Virus record (IMG/VR): IMGVR_UViG_3300042907_000531
Span: 1-61,067 of that record
Reading direction: 5' to 3' (one strand)
DNA length: 61,067 bases
Origin: a virus
Lineage: Duplodnaviria; Caudoviricetes
The notes under the pieces are model-generated. The model searched no databases, was not told the origin of the DNA, and saw only the letters and a program-made list of their open reading frames with translations. Position 1 is the stretch's first letter. Every line of letters begins with the position of its first letter. The position numbers and the translations under genes are program-made. Below, piece by piece: positions 34,201 through 39,502 of the stretch.

Positions 34201-34791
34201 AAGGACCAACGTAACTATCGTGAAGGTATGTTAGATGTCCAAAGTCTATTTATCTGGGCAGGCGAAGACCCCACTAAGATTGACACAATCAATCGTATGG
34301 GATCACTTATTAATGCCACAGTTAGACATACCAATACCGACCCCACACTACTTGATTTAAGAATTAATCAATCTGCATACGCCCGATCTATGGGTGTATT
34401 CATGCAATTCTTATTAAGTCACTCCACTCAAGAAATAGGTAGACGTAGACGTTATACAACTACCGCCTACTCTAAACACCTTGCTGGTCTTGTTATGATG
34501 GAAGCTATTGCCTACAGTCTAGCAAGAACTAAAGACGAGGATGAAGATACCTGGGTCTGGCAAGACCTTAATGAGAAACCATTTGAAACCGTAGTTAACT
34601 TTGGTACCTCTCTTCCACTACTAGGAAGTTATCAGTTCTTATCCTCTTTGTTAAGAGCTGGTATCCTTCAGACCCACTCTACCATTACAGGGGACAAGTC
34701 TGATAATACATATAGAGTACCAGATCTATTCTCCGGTCCATCTGAGAATATTCCACGTAAGGCTGTAGATATGATTAAAGATCTACTGTAA
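25276..34791 (+). CDS. Giant internal virion / polyvalent protein (gp16-like by position) with two zincin HExxH modules and a sigma70-like segment
   Basis: 3171 aa; TVTHEMSHY (27907), LLHEIIHA (31177) plus HEFVA (31477); membrane-like GA-rich N-terminal helices. Confidence 0.7.
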   Translation: MISDLNKVLDEASQPLRPSNVYFSSATTPTTQYSGEKPDLNEQRIYNERVQLGLLSPTFLNGKWNIAETNLTREEIGDQALAYTIGNGSRGWGEASIQNAKKIADQYYNKGDAMFTHGGRETSHWEQFVEGFNFFNVFGENQSLQTAEEIKKKIQTVDPLWTTDKKIDELTEWKKINPDVDKFLSSAGIDVQDYALNTRNQEAFLFNMNEAVQNARMNIGMGLFERDNNTLEKLGNSLAEGIKDPLMLRDVVLTTAATAGLGLIAGVAGLSARALSGGIVAGVNASRSIRGLELARKAANAAALATGPMTGLVEGPAYAAIRSIIPATGRSVTSTLAARGLALGLEGGVAGAVSSLADQRSEHEWRSLVFQGVDPVLKYNLGETALAALTGSLGSVGLATAFRFGLGSIGDYKYYKTGDWDSLRRQVTNSMDTWATTRDGDIVWGNTLSDGRGMFFGNVIDNFMKNYDGRDFTNVMLNGSRLFGKFNPRIAGKMKLDVTKVLPVIEEFEKATGIAGEAAMLRVDGVAPETRRVFDLILNEKNLDDANLSLADVRNVLTDYNLTRSKELVGPRPTTAVEGVLATISTATKQVDIANQIHRLIGAKSLDRKLETIGIQSSDVINNAEATLGRSINLSDDVDFGNFVVAAKYAAASVDEAQVVGTLKRILSGDFGGGRTIPREVVQSIFANAFGTKPLIITASGSNKNFAVSVDPTIGEVFSTKRTLKVGPNGKLEIELRADDPTLKFFTTDSIRLDTETFKTKLADLNDKLNTVWNTSVKKKIKDTIDTVKDIKSKETLTDSFASGKSVTVDNIKKIFKLTTTEATTAKIIMDSLGYSGDSSILRIAKLAADDRNAEIVFEGTTALIRATTSSDLGTVTHEMSHYLQVMVLDNLDSEARQAIGITDDMWVKFKDWVGFTGDEWSEKAAEKFANGMSQYVRRIMAGDGRAPATQIQRLFHRIGDHLGDLGERFKSQDGLEAGLIISAEAESVFEALLNRSNDKIGELFDSAYQGLFQRLSKEKRQAIGKDILGQAAFSDYLAKRELKHEASTKVIDPLAKASSIKSESTTAIINSIYDNLKKSVTRKAVKEAITLAGYTKEEYIKDVTTLLNNTIGQKNITATKPARLDSASKLGDDELVDLYFDLFLAGSTDESLNYISVIIDTEPTLIVKSRGTKTEEDLLKETGSTPTELGGKIPSDPAWILTSRNEKKKTYSKDALLTEINKRKDTGITKLDKSLTVSSELTAALDELFKETGFVDSVGIPVSLTPTEKIVVERTAAAVEASRHASDHMAAVTTALSEDRLLDAALAERAEVILPTVINVEAIPTDLTASLTALGTVGDTAKEEATRLKSSISVAEVKEVKNIVAAVVAKTTKSKQLLDTYLEVTENQIAKDYLKAELRSQITTLTIEGIAGLDSNQFKRFIELEAIISALPSDTRETLAIEQALDRVQQDSSNDAMNQAISVTKWTKQDISLYVTGRFHRTNGSLVSEFIDAKKYVETNIVAYKKLIKEIIDLESTYNAAVTKLKEAGDILSVIEKNKLTEITKSFISKKAQIGKFEAATKRLKLGVLRSSITDVTEADLMLKSSIVTLKTEWLQVDKVGSKLANLIMGKLDNADFQDILITLDKNINKLVDKVVFDGEPTTKLSLAEFNIMTPLDKAEAWSRGNIKSNAASAFVKTVINNLELNAKRRLEGTKKGVLTGDVELGEKRAVSLIESSKAVTKTETKADREDFYYKLEEEVTSLRYVASLFYQHLVETDQEELSKVFMARKQAMTSRGEVLASTARVLENFGITMTTSTVKNRISKLSDAFEDFVSTLPEVEATSLKAKFRFEKKKKTLAQRLTKEMTDDELDELDSLFASIQPGESLVAPEFLRTLIEESTSSLYRNIADGSVSSAGEALQQLAESTTSKYATLAQQLLESRGDVLNNIGLHLALYAKDDLTDGEFVGNNIFLNARFGKINVVVLLHEIIHAITSRDLDRYGFDDAAGSVAYLATLNKSIESGVGPNGTKLSKGARSIIQSYLQTIDWIETTPRAMDLLGIDFKEKLIGQTVSQPETSAHYAISNIHEFVAVALTDVSVLGFFGAVPGLTGRQSKPITGMIRGIAESIWPTLPENKLIQRIDYLRKQVTAGLVTGALTTKIDIPDPVDILLPPLMPGTTPFRVFGEEVFKTQGLDVADLLRSNLKSAKGRVYAQLRAVNLQEQLSESARASGADATKFETKLSELIDSAEVRRRNLLAAGLHEEMEPEDLEIIQSMINGTKAFTQRSADHLTRRVGGRPPSVNITSKFVGKSYRDLTDDERRSFVSDVLLPTVENKMGKRNRSAGIYSMITDSTVGKSVNSLIGGGAAYGDTADADSLLLQFFSKIYDPLMDLRDGELSGVFELFSVDLVNAETNNMYSRAGLLNIQRKITTQVSNTAELEQLYEKAWMYLSKLSELPNGLPHRELIVELIKGVHKYNEVIGETLNKYGFLADPMNPTEYGTIHKVNMLAFEEQKQFVDALVKHALIKERDSKELSIVTMDALGWIKLVRDPDSDTIVSVTVTDESPLVDFVGTYDYSKFKQLALKKNLKPELLSVYENGLISSRDYKNWDIYKSRGDSYTAIQHTMTVAKNNYLNIEAAESRGGKPRTESIGAGREMDISRILSHSEITNNPELAKYFDKDIFGLINQQLRTNVTEAVMTKYITETFGLKMSWLDLIEVSKKHGEASRGQLTKSEQDSLNRGYDRIKTIWEANTGKMLSSRDGLDRHYRSLLENGSRPLVLAASGLRAALTSTGETVRAILQSNHNRGMLRQVLPNFIQTLKLFSRDKRQTIQQVASATHWIRGLSSDHLLLRAEMNPNNPFGGTIMGARRGGWFKDLAAAWAGVKERNKLEDSIVGKAANYLSVPASKLGSPLAFVNDITTTLHVQNLQYNLTQNSKKFLALANLLKDGGTDSLSGFSELATKVGLSPKEAIDLSSMGLLDPKRIEVMIEAAKDQRNYREGMLDVQSLFIWAGEDPTKIDTINRMGSLINATVRHTNTDPTLLDLRINQSAYARSMGVFMQFLLSHSTQEIGRRRRYTTTAYSKHLAGLVMMEAIAYSLARTKDEDEDTWVWQDLNEKPFETVVNFGTSLPLLGSYQFLSSLLRAGILQTHSTITGDKSDNTYRVPDLFSGPSENIPRKAVDMIKDLL

Positions 34792-34803
34792 TCAGTCTAG
34801 GTT

Positions 34804-34873
34804 GCCATTAGGGACGTTCTAAGGATTCATACCACCCTGTATGGGGGTAAACCTTAGAACGTCTCTAATAGGC
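34804..34873. other. Long imperfect inverted repeat after the last late gene
   Basis: ATTAGGGACGTTCTAAGG ... CCTTAGAACGTCTCTAAT. Confidence 0.75.
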
Positions 34874-34906
34874 TTATAGGGGGTTTAATGATGTGGTGTA
34901 TTAACC

Positions 34907-34937
34907 ATACGAGCAGTCCCTGAGTTGGTGCTAGGAA
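34907..34937 (+). promoter_or_regulatory. Conserved bipartite motif, copy 1 (putative phage promoter)
   Basis: ATACGAGCAGTCCCTGA-gttggt-GCTAGGAA. Confidence 0.7.
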
Positions 34938-35099
34938 CAGCCTAGTACTGAGTGGAATCAGTATAAATAAAAGAGCGGTCTCTCTTCATAGGGAGAGACT
35001 AGGAAAGGTAGTAAGGGGATACTCTAGGGATAACGTAAGGATAGAACAATACATAAACAATACTATAGGGGTCTATGTACTCCACACTATACATTTCAC

Positions 35100-35146
35100 T
35101 GTAAGGAATAACACGGCTAGGGACTAGCTCCTAACAATTCCTTACA
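35100..35146. other. Stem-loop in non-coding region
   Basis: TGTAAGGAAT...ATTCCTTACA enclosing GCTAG-GGA-CTAGC. Confidence 0.6.
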
Positions 35147-35488
35147 CCGCCTCAGGTACATTCCCCCGTCTGTGCCTTGAGTCTATCTATCCCTCCTTTC
35201 CCTAACGGGGAAGGCGGGGTTTCATAAGTTTAACCTGTAAAAACCTTTTAGGTATCGAAAATTTCAAAGCGGGTACCCCCTAACCCCCGCGTTATTTCTT
35301 ACCCCCCCTACCCCCCCTCGCAAGAAAACGAAAGAGACCCACCCGGACCACTCTCCCCCCACCCGGCACGCTGCGGTTTCAACCGATGGCTACCTGTCTG
35401 CCCCTATTCCGGACAGTCAAATGTCTGAAACGACCCGGAACAACGACCCACGGAACCGTGGTGAGTACGGCAAGTAACCGACCTACCT

Positions 35489-35567
35489 AGATTCTTTGAA
35501 ACAAATGCATGGAAATAAGTAAGGGCGAAAGTCACAATGCTCTAAAGGTACTTGTTTCAAAGAATCT
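35489..35567 (+). other. Long hairpin, RNase III-like processing site candidate
   Basis: AGATTCTTTGAAACAA ... TTGTTTCAAAGAATCT perfect 16-bp arms. Confidence 0.65.
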
Positions 35568-35610
35568 TTCCTTGAGTCTATCCTAACGGTTAGACGTAAG
35601 ATTCTCATCT

Positions 35611-35631
35611 ATGCTTGAACGGTTCAAGCAT
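35611..35631. promoter_or_regulatory. Perfect palindrome upstream of the first early gene (operator-like)
   Basis: ATGCTTGAAC-G-GTTCAAGCAT. Confidence 0.5.
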
Positions 35632-35659
35632 CATCCGCACTTTCTGAGGAACTTCCCCC

Positions 35660-36043
35660 ATGTCTACTATTCTCCCGAACGTTGAATCTTTCCGCTCCTT
35701 GTTTCTTCCGGCTATTCTCGCTGAATTGGATGAGAAGTATCGTATTGCGAAACGTGACTTAAAGGGGTTTCATGCGGCATGGTTGAATGCGTCCGGCGAT
35801 TGTACGGTGCATGTTGCTGGACGTGCACTAACGACTCGCGATATTATCGCCGGAAAGAATGGCTACGCTTCGGCTAGTCATATTGACTGGCGGGCAACCA
35901 GTGTACCGGGAGTCGCGCAAGATACGTTAGCCTATATTTATAATATGGTCAAGGCTGAACGTCCGGAGTGGTTCGTCAAGACTTCTAAGGTATACGCAAA
36001 GTCTGCGCCGTCTGTTGACATGCTTGCTGAACTTGGACTCTAA
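35660..36043 (+). CDS. First early gene, hypothetical
   Basis: SD gagga; 127-aa ORF. Confidence 0.7.
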   Translation: MSTILPNVESFRSLFLPAILAELDEKYRIAKRDLKGFHAAWLNASGDCTVHVAGRALTTRDIIAGKNGYASASHIDWRATSVPGVAQDTLAYIYNMVKAERPEWFVKTSKVYAKSAPSVDMLAELGL

Positions 36044-36050
36044 TAACTTC

Positions 36051-36082
36051 GGATTCTACGGGTGAAATATTCCGTAGAATCC
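36051..36082 (+). other. Hairpin (processing site or terminator)
   Basis: GGATTCTACGG-gtgaaatatt-CCGTAGAATCC. Confidence 0.6.
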
Positions 36083-36117
36083 TTTCCAAAGTGTTTCTTA
36101 CCTAATAGGAGCCTACT

Positions 36118-36312
36118 ATGCAAAGTTTCGTGAAAGAATTATTGGCTGCAAAGATTCAATGTGCTTGCGAATTGCGTACTGTAAACTCACTAGAAGAGTG
36201 TGTAGAATTGGTTATCAAGCACACAAAGATTCCACGTAGACTAGTTGTAGAGCGTTTGTCTGCAAAGTATCCCGTGTTTAGGGTTCTACCCACTAGAAAG
36301 GGTTGTATCTAA
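36118..36312 (+). CDS. Hypothetical early protein
   Basis: SD aggag. Confidence 0.6.
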   Translation: MQSFVKELLAAKIQCACELRTVNSLEECVELVIKHTKIPRRLVVERLSAKYPVFRVLPTRKGCI

Positions 36313-36345
36313 TCGTGTGTATTCTCGCAACTTTGGAGTCAAACA

Positions 36346-36450
36346 ATGTACGTGACTGAATTGTTCATCTTGTGTGCCGTTGCTATGGTTGTGGCCGGAT
36401 GTATCTACGTGGCTGGCAACATTATCTCTAACCCGGGGGAGCGAAACTAA
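36346..36450 (+). CDS. 34-aa membrane peptide, not in the ORF track
   Basis: SD ggag; MYVTELFILCAVAMVVAGCIYVAGNIISNPGERN; TAATG-coupled to the next gene. Confidence 0.5.
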   Translation: MYVTELFILCAVAMVVAGCIYVAGNIISNPGERN

Positions 36451-36797
36451 TGCGTGTAATTGAGCATCATATGGTTCAGGCGTTCAAGAAATGTGTACAT
36501 GGTAATTTGTCGCGATATCGTACCGGTAATACTAGTGTATGGTGTGAAGGTACTAAAGTGTGTATATCTCTCCATGGTAACACCATCATAACACATGATA
36601 TTACATGTCCGAATGAATACTTCTTCGATACGTGCGGGTGGCACACTAGAACTACCTTTAGCCGTATGAATACCTTTGCTCATATTATGGGTATAGATGT
36701 TAGGTTCTATACCAACAAACATATCTCGTGTGTAAGGGATCGTGGACAAGACCATAAACTATTTGGTAGTTACTTATACAAAGGAAAGACACAATGA
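36450..36797 (+). CDS. Hypothetical early protein
   Basis: SLHGNTI and DTCGWHTRTTFSRMN pattern. Confidence 0.65.
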   Translation: MRVIEHHMVQAFKKCVHGNLSRYRTGNTSVWCEGTKVCISLHGNTIITHDITCPNEYFFDTCGWHTRTTFSRMNTFAHIMGIDVRFYTNKHISCVRDRGQDHKLFGSYLYKGKTQ

Positions 36798-36834
36798 ATA
36801 CTGCTGTCTACACCATCATGGAGTCATCTATCCG

Positions 36835-37221
36835 ATGATTACGTACATTGTTTCTTTGGCACTATGTGTGCCACCACCTAGTGGTACAGATGTGACCGGC
36901 TATCTGTCTGCTATTCGTCAAGTCGAAAGTAGTGGCAAGGATAATGCCGTGGGAGATAATGGCAAGGCTATTGGTCCATATCAAATTCATCGTGAGTATT
37001 GGGTAGACGCTACAACCTATGATCCATCTATTGGTGGGGTATATAAGGATTGTTTCAAGGAACCGTATGCACGCAAGATTGTGATCGCATATATGTCAAG
37101 GTATGCTCCAAACTGGAACCTATCAACTATCGCCGGTATTCATAACGGTGGTCCTAAGGGTCATGTTCGAAAGTCAACGCAAGTATATCGAAACAAAGTA
37201 ACAAAGGAATATAATGACTAA
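36835..37221 (+). CDS. Lysozyme-like protein (i-type/destabilase-like) with N-terminal hydrophobic segment
   Basis: AIRQVES (catalytic Glu), GDNGKAIGPYQIHREYWVDA, YMSRY and IHNGGPKG. Confidence 0.75.
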   Translation: MITYIVSLALCVPPPSGTDVTGYLSAIRQVESSGKDNAVGDNGKAIGPYQIHREYWVDATTYDPSIGGVYKDCFKEPYARKIVIAYMSRYAPNWNLSTIAGIHNGGPKGHVRKSTQVYRNKVTKEYND

Positions 37222-37480
37222 GTATGTTGTGTCAATTGTTGTTTTCGTTGATGGGGACGTAAATATTCATGTGTTGCGTATCTGTGATACTCTTGAAGAC
37301 TGTCATAAGTGTATGGCGGATGTAGCAGATACCCTTAGACATCGTCACTTTGTTTGTCCTCTTGTCTGGGTTCCAAATGAGGATTTAAACTATAGTCTTT
37401 ATTATACGTCTAACAACGCATGTGTAGCCGAAACGTTGACTGATGCATGTGGTAGTGCTTCTATTCGCGAGGTAGAATAA
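37214..37480 (+). CDS. Hypothetical protein, paralogue of 37772-38038
   Basis: KYVVSIVVFVDG-IH..C..LVWV pattern shared. Confidence 0.65.
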   Translation: MTKYVVSIVVFVDGDVNIHVLRICDTLEDCHKCMADVADTLRHRHFVCPLVWVPNEDLNYSLYYTSNNACVAETLTDACGSASIREVE

Positions 37481-37782
37481 TGACTAAGTATACGATCTAT
37501 ATCCCAAAGTATATTTCTAATGATGTCGGAGAACCGTGTGTTCGTGCTGATGCTATTGTTGATAGCATTGTTGAGGAGATTGTAAATGAATGTGGTGGGG
37601 CAACTACTTATGACGGTAGTGGTTGGTGGAAGTGCGGGAATAAGGTTATCAATGATCCCGTAAAGGTATGTGTTGTTGTGTGTGCCGGTCCGTTTAACTA
37701 TGATCGTGTTCGCGCTTCAATTCAATTGCAACTAAATCAACGAAGTGTCTTTATCACGAAGGAGTCTTGTGATGTCATCTAA
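37480..37782 (+). CDS. Hypothetical protein
   Basis: CGGATTYDGSGWW and LNQRSVFIT. Confidence 0.65.
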   Translation: MTKYTIYIPKYISNDVGEPCVRADAIVDSIVEEIVNECGGATTYDGSGWWKCGNKVINDPVKVCVVVCAGPFNYDRVRASIQLQLNQRSVFITKESCDVI

Positions 37783-38038
37783 GTTTGTTCTATCTGTTAT
37801 TGTAACTGTAAATGGTACAAAGCATATTCACGATCTTGCTATCCTTAAGTCTAGGGCAAATTGTATGGTATACTTGGAAGAGATTATTAAGGATATGGGC
37901 AAGAAGTATATTGGATGTAACCTTATCTGGGTTAATACGGTAACTAATAACTTCGAACTTCAAGAGCATGGTGGGTTCTATACCACTAAACTGTTGGAAA
38001 CATATGGATACGCTTATATTCTGGAGACTAATCTCTAA
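37772..38038 (+). CDS. Hypothetical protein, paralogue of 37214-37480
   Basis: SD aaggag; KFVLSVIVTVNG-IH..C..LIWV. Confidence 0.65.
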   Translation: MSSKFVLSVIVTVNGTKHIHDLAILKSRANCMVYLEEIIKDMGKKYIGCNLIWVNTVTNNFELQEHGGFYTTKLLETYGYAYILETNL

Positions 38039-38217
38039 TGACTACTACATACGTGTCTGATACTCTTCGACTACTTGCGATGAGTGGTATTAAAACACGT
38101 GATGAATATGACTGGCTTCGTGATATCTCACAAACACTGTGGATAACTGAACTGGAATGTAGTATTATCGGTGAACTAATTCACGAGTATGTACAGGCAC
38201 TTCAACCCAATGGATAA
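38038..38217 (+). CDS. Hypothetical 59-aa protein, not in the ORF track
   Basis: TAATG-coupled; SD ggag; fills the gap. Confidence 0.55.
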   Translation: MTTTYVSDTLRLLAMSGIKTRDEYDWLRDISQTLWITELECSIIGELIHEYVQALQPNG

Positions 38218-38524
38218 CTACATGCAAACTGTAAAGATTCGGGATGTTTCTACAATACAGTCAAATAATATGAGTTTGGACTGTTCATTGGATATTAATG
38301 GAGAGTATTATGGGATGATGTTTCTTACTCTGCGCCGCTCGTTTCATTCTGCAGTTACTGTACGCACTGTAGTGTTTACAGTATATTCTTTAGGCTCCAA
38401 TGTTACAAAGTCTGAGGTGTCTGTAGATGCTGAAACATTTGACGATCTCTATCTCGCTGTAGTTAATCGTAATGTCACTGGTATTCTTTCTTACTTCAAG
38501 GATAAACACAATGTCAACCTTTAA
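38210..38524 (+). CDS. Hypothetical protein
   Basis: ORF; start uncertain. Confidence 0.55.
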   Translation: MDNYMQTVKIRDVSTIQSNNMSLDCSLDINGEYYGMMFLTLRRSFHSAVTVRTVVFTVYSLGSNVTKSEVSVDAETFDDLYLAVVNRNVTGILSYFKDKHNVNL

Positions 38525-38732
38525 TATTGATCTTCTGATGCGTCGTCTTGATACAGACTATCCGACACAATACAATAATCAAGTGTTGCGTGATGCTGCT
38601 TCGTATATTCGCGAACTAATTGATGAGCGTGATTATGCTCGTAATGTTGTATGCTCACTCGAAATTAAGTCTGGTATCTCAAGTGATAAGAAACATGTTT
38701 ATAGTAATCATGGTTGGATGACTAATGTTTGA
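38511..38732 (+). CDS. Hypothetical protein of the ERDxAR paralogue family
   Basis: LMRRL..DAASYIRELIDERDYARNVVC..HGW. Confidence 0.65.
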   Translation: MSTFNIDLLMRRLDTDYPTQYNNQVLRDAASYIRELIDERDYARNVVCSLEIKSGISSDKKHVYSNHGWMTNV

Positions 38733-38943
38733 GTTTATTTATATTGAAACGATTCGAAACATTAAGAGTTGTGATAAGTGGCGTATTCCAGTAACCGGTA
38801 TGTCTCAGAAAGATGTTGATGATATTATTCAACAACTTAAAGATAATCCTGAAGAGTTGTGGGAGTTTGATCCAACATGGTTGGAAGAAATTCACACAGA
38901 AACTGATGCGATTGAAATTTCATCTATAGGAAAGCGTAAGTAA
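38725..38943 (+). CDS. Hypothetical acidic protein
   Basis: Coupled ORF. Confidence 0.6.
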   Translation: MFEFIYIETIRNIKSCDKWRIPVTGMSQKDVDDIIQQLKDNPEELWEFDPTWLEEIHTETDAIEISSIGKRK

Positions 38944-38945
38944 CT

Positions 38946-39074
38946 ATGCATACTATTATCTACGAAAATAATTGGTGGAATGTTTACTGCGGAACAGAAG
39001 TTGTAGATGGGTTTAATACTCTAGAAGATGCGGAGTTGTATATTCGGTATCTTAAAAAGGATAAAAATGGATAA
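38946..39074 (+). CDS. Hypothetical 42-aa protein, not in the ORF track
   Basis: SD aagg; MHTIIYENNWWNVYCG... Confidence 0.5.
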   Translation: MHTIIYENNWWNVYCGTEVVDGFNTLEDAELYIRYLKKDKNG

Positions 39075-39237
39075 TGAATCTATTATCAGGTTGCTTATTC
39101 AAGAACGAGATGATGCACGTCGAATGGCTTGTTACTATCTTTCAGAACTTGTAGGTGAAGATAAGGTGTTGTCTTCTCCTGAAGATATTGCCGAAGAGTA
39201 TGGTTGGGATTGTTTTGATGGAGAAACAAATGCTTGA
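39067..39237 (+). CDS. Hypothetical protein of the ERDxAR/GWDCF family
   Basis: ERDDARRMAC...AEEYGWDCF; SD aagga. Confidence 0.65.
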   Translation: MDNESIIRLLIQERDDARRMACYYLSELVGEDKVLSSPEDIAEEYGWDCFDGETNA

Positions 39238-39418
39238 TGAAGATCGTAATGATTGGGATTGTGGTGATTGGGATTCTTTTATTGATGAGTATCACTGCAC
39301 AGACTATTGGATTGACACCGATTCGCTCATGGATTCAGGATGCTTTGAAGAAACTTTGCCTCAAGACGGTGATGAGAGTGATGATAACTCTGATGACGAT
39401 GAGGTGGAGTGTGGATAA
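39230..39418 (+). CDS. Extremely acidic 62-aa protein (DNA-mimic candidate)
   Basis: 25 of 62 residues are D/E, one Arg, no Lys; SD ggag. Confidence 0.6.
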   Translation: MLDEDRNDWDCGDWDSFIDEYHCTDYWIDTDSLMDSGCFEETLPQDGDESDDNSDDDEVECG

Positions 39419-39423
39419 CTTGT

Positions 39424-39454
39424 ATACGAGCAGTCCCTGATTCCGGGCTAGGAA
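39424..39454 (+). promoter_or_regulatory. Conserved bipartite motif, copy 2, upstream of RNAP
   Basis: ATACGAGCAGTCCCTGA-ttccgg-GCTAGGAA. Confidence 0.7.
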
Positions 39455-39502
39455 TCCAGCGTTTGGAATCCATATAATTAAACCAAACAGAAAGAATATA
39501 AA

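Noticed and set aside
25276-34791. Virion RNA polymerase (N4- or crAss-type)
   Set aside because: I could not find a DxDGD/DFDID or T7-type A/B/C motif set, and a separate RNAP exists; a structure search is needed to exclude it fully
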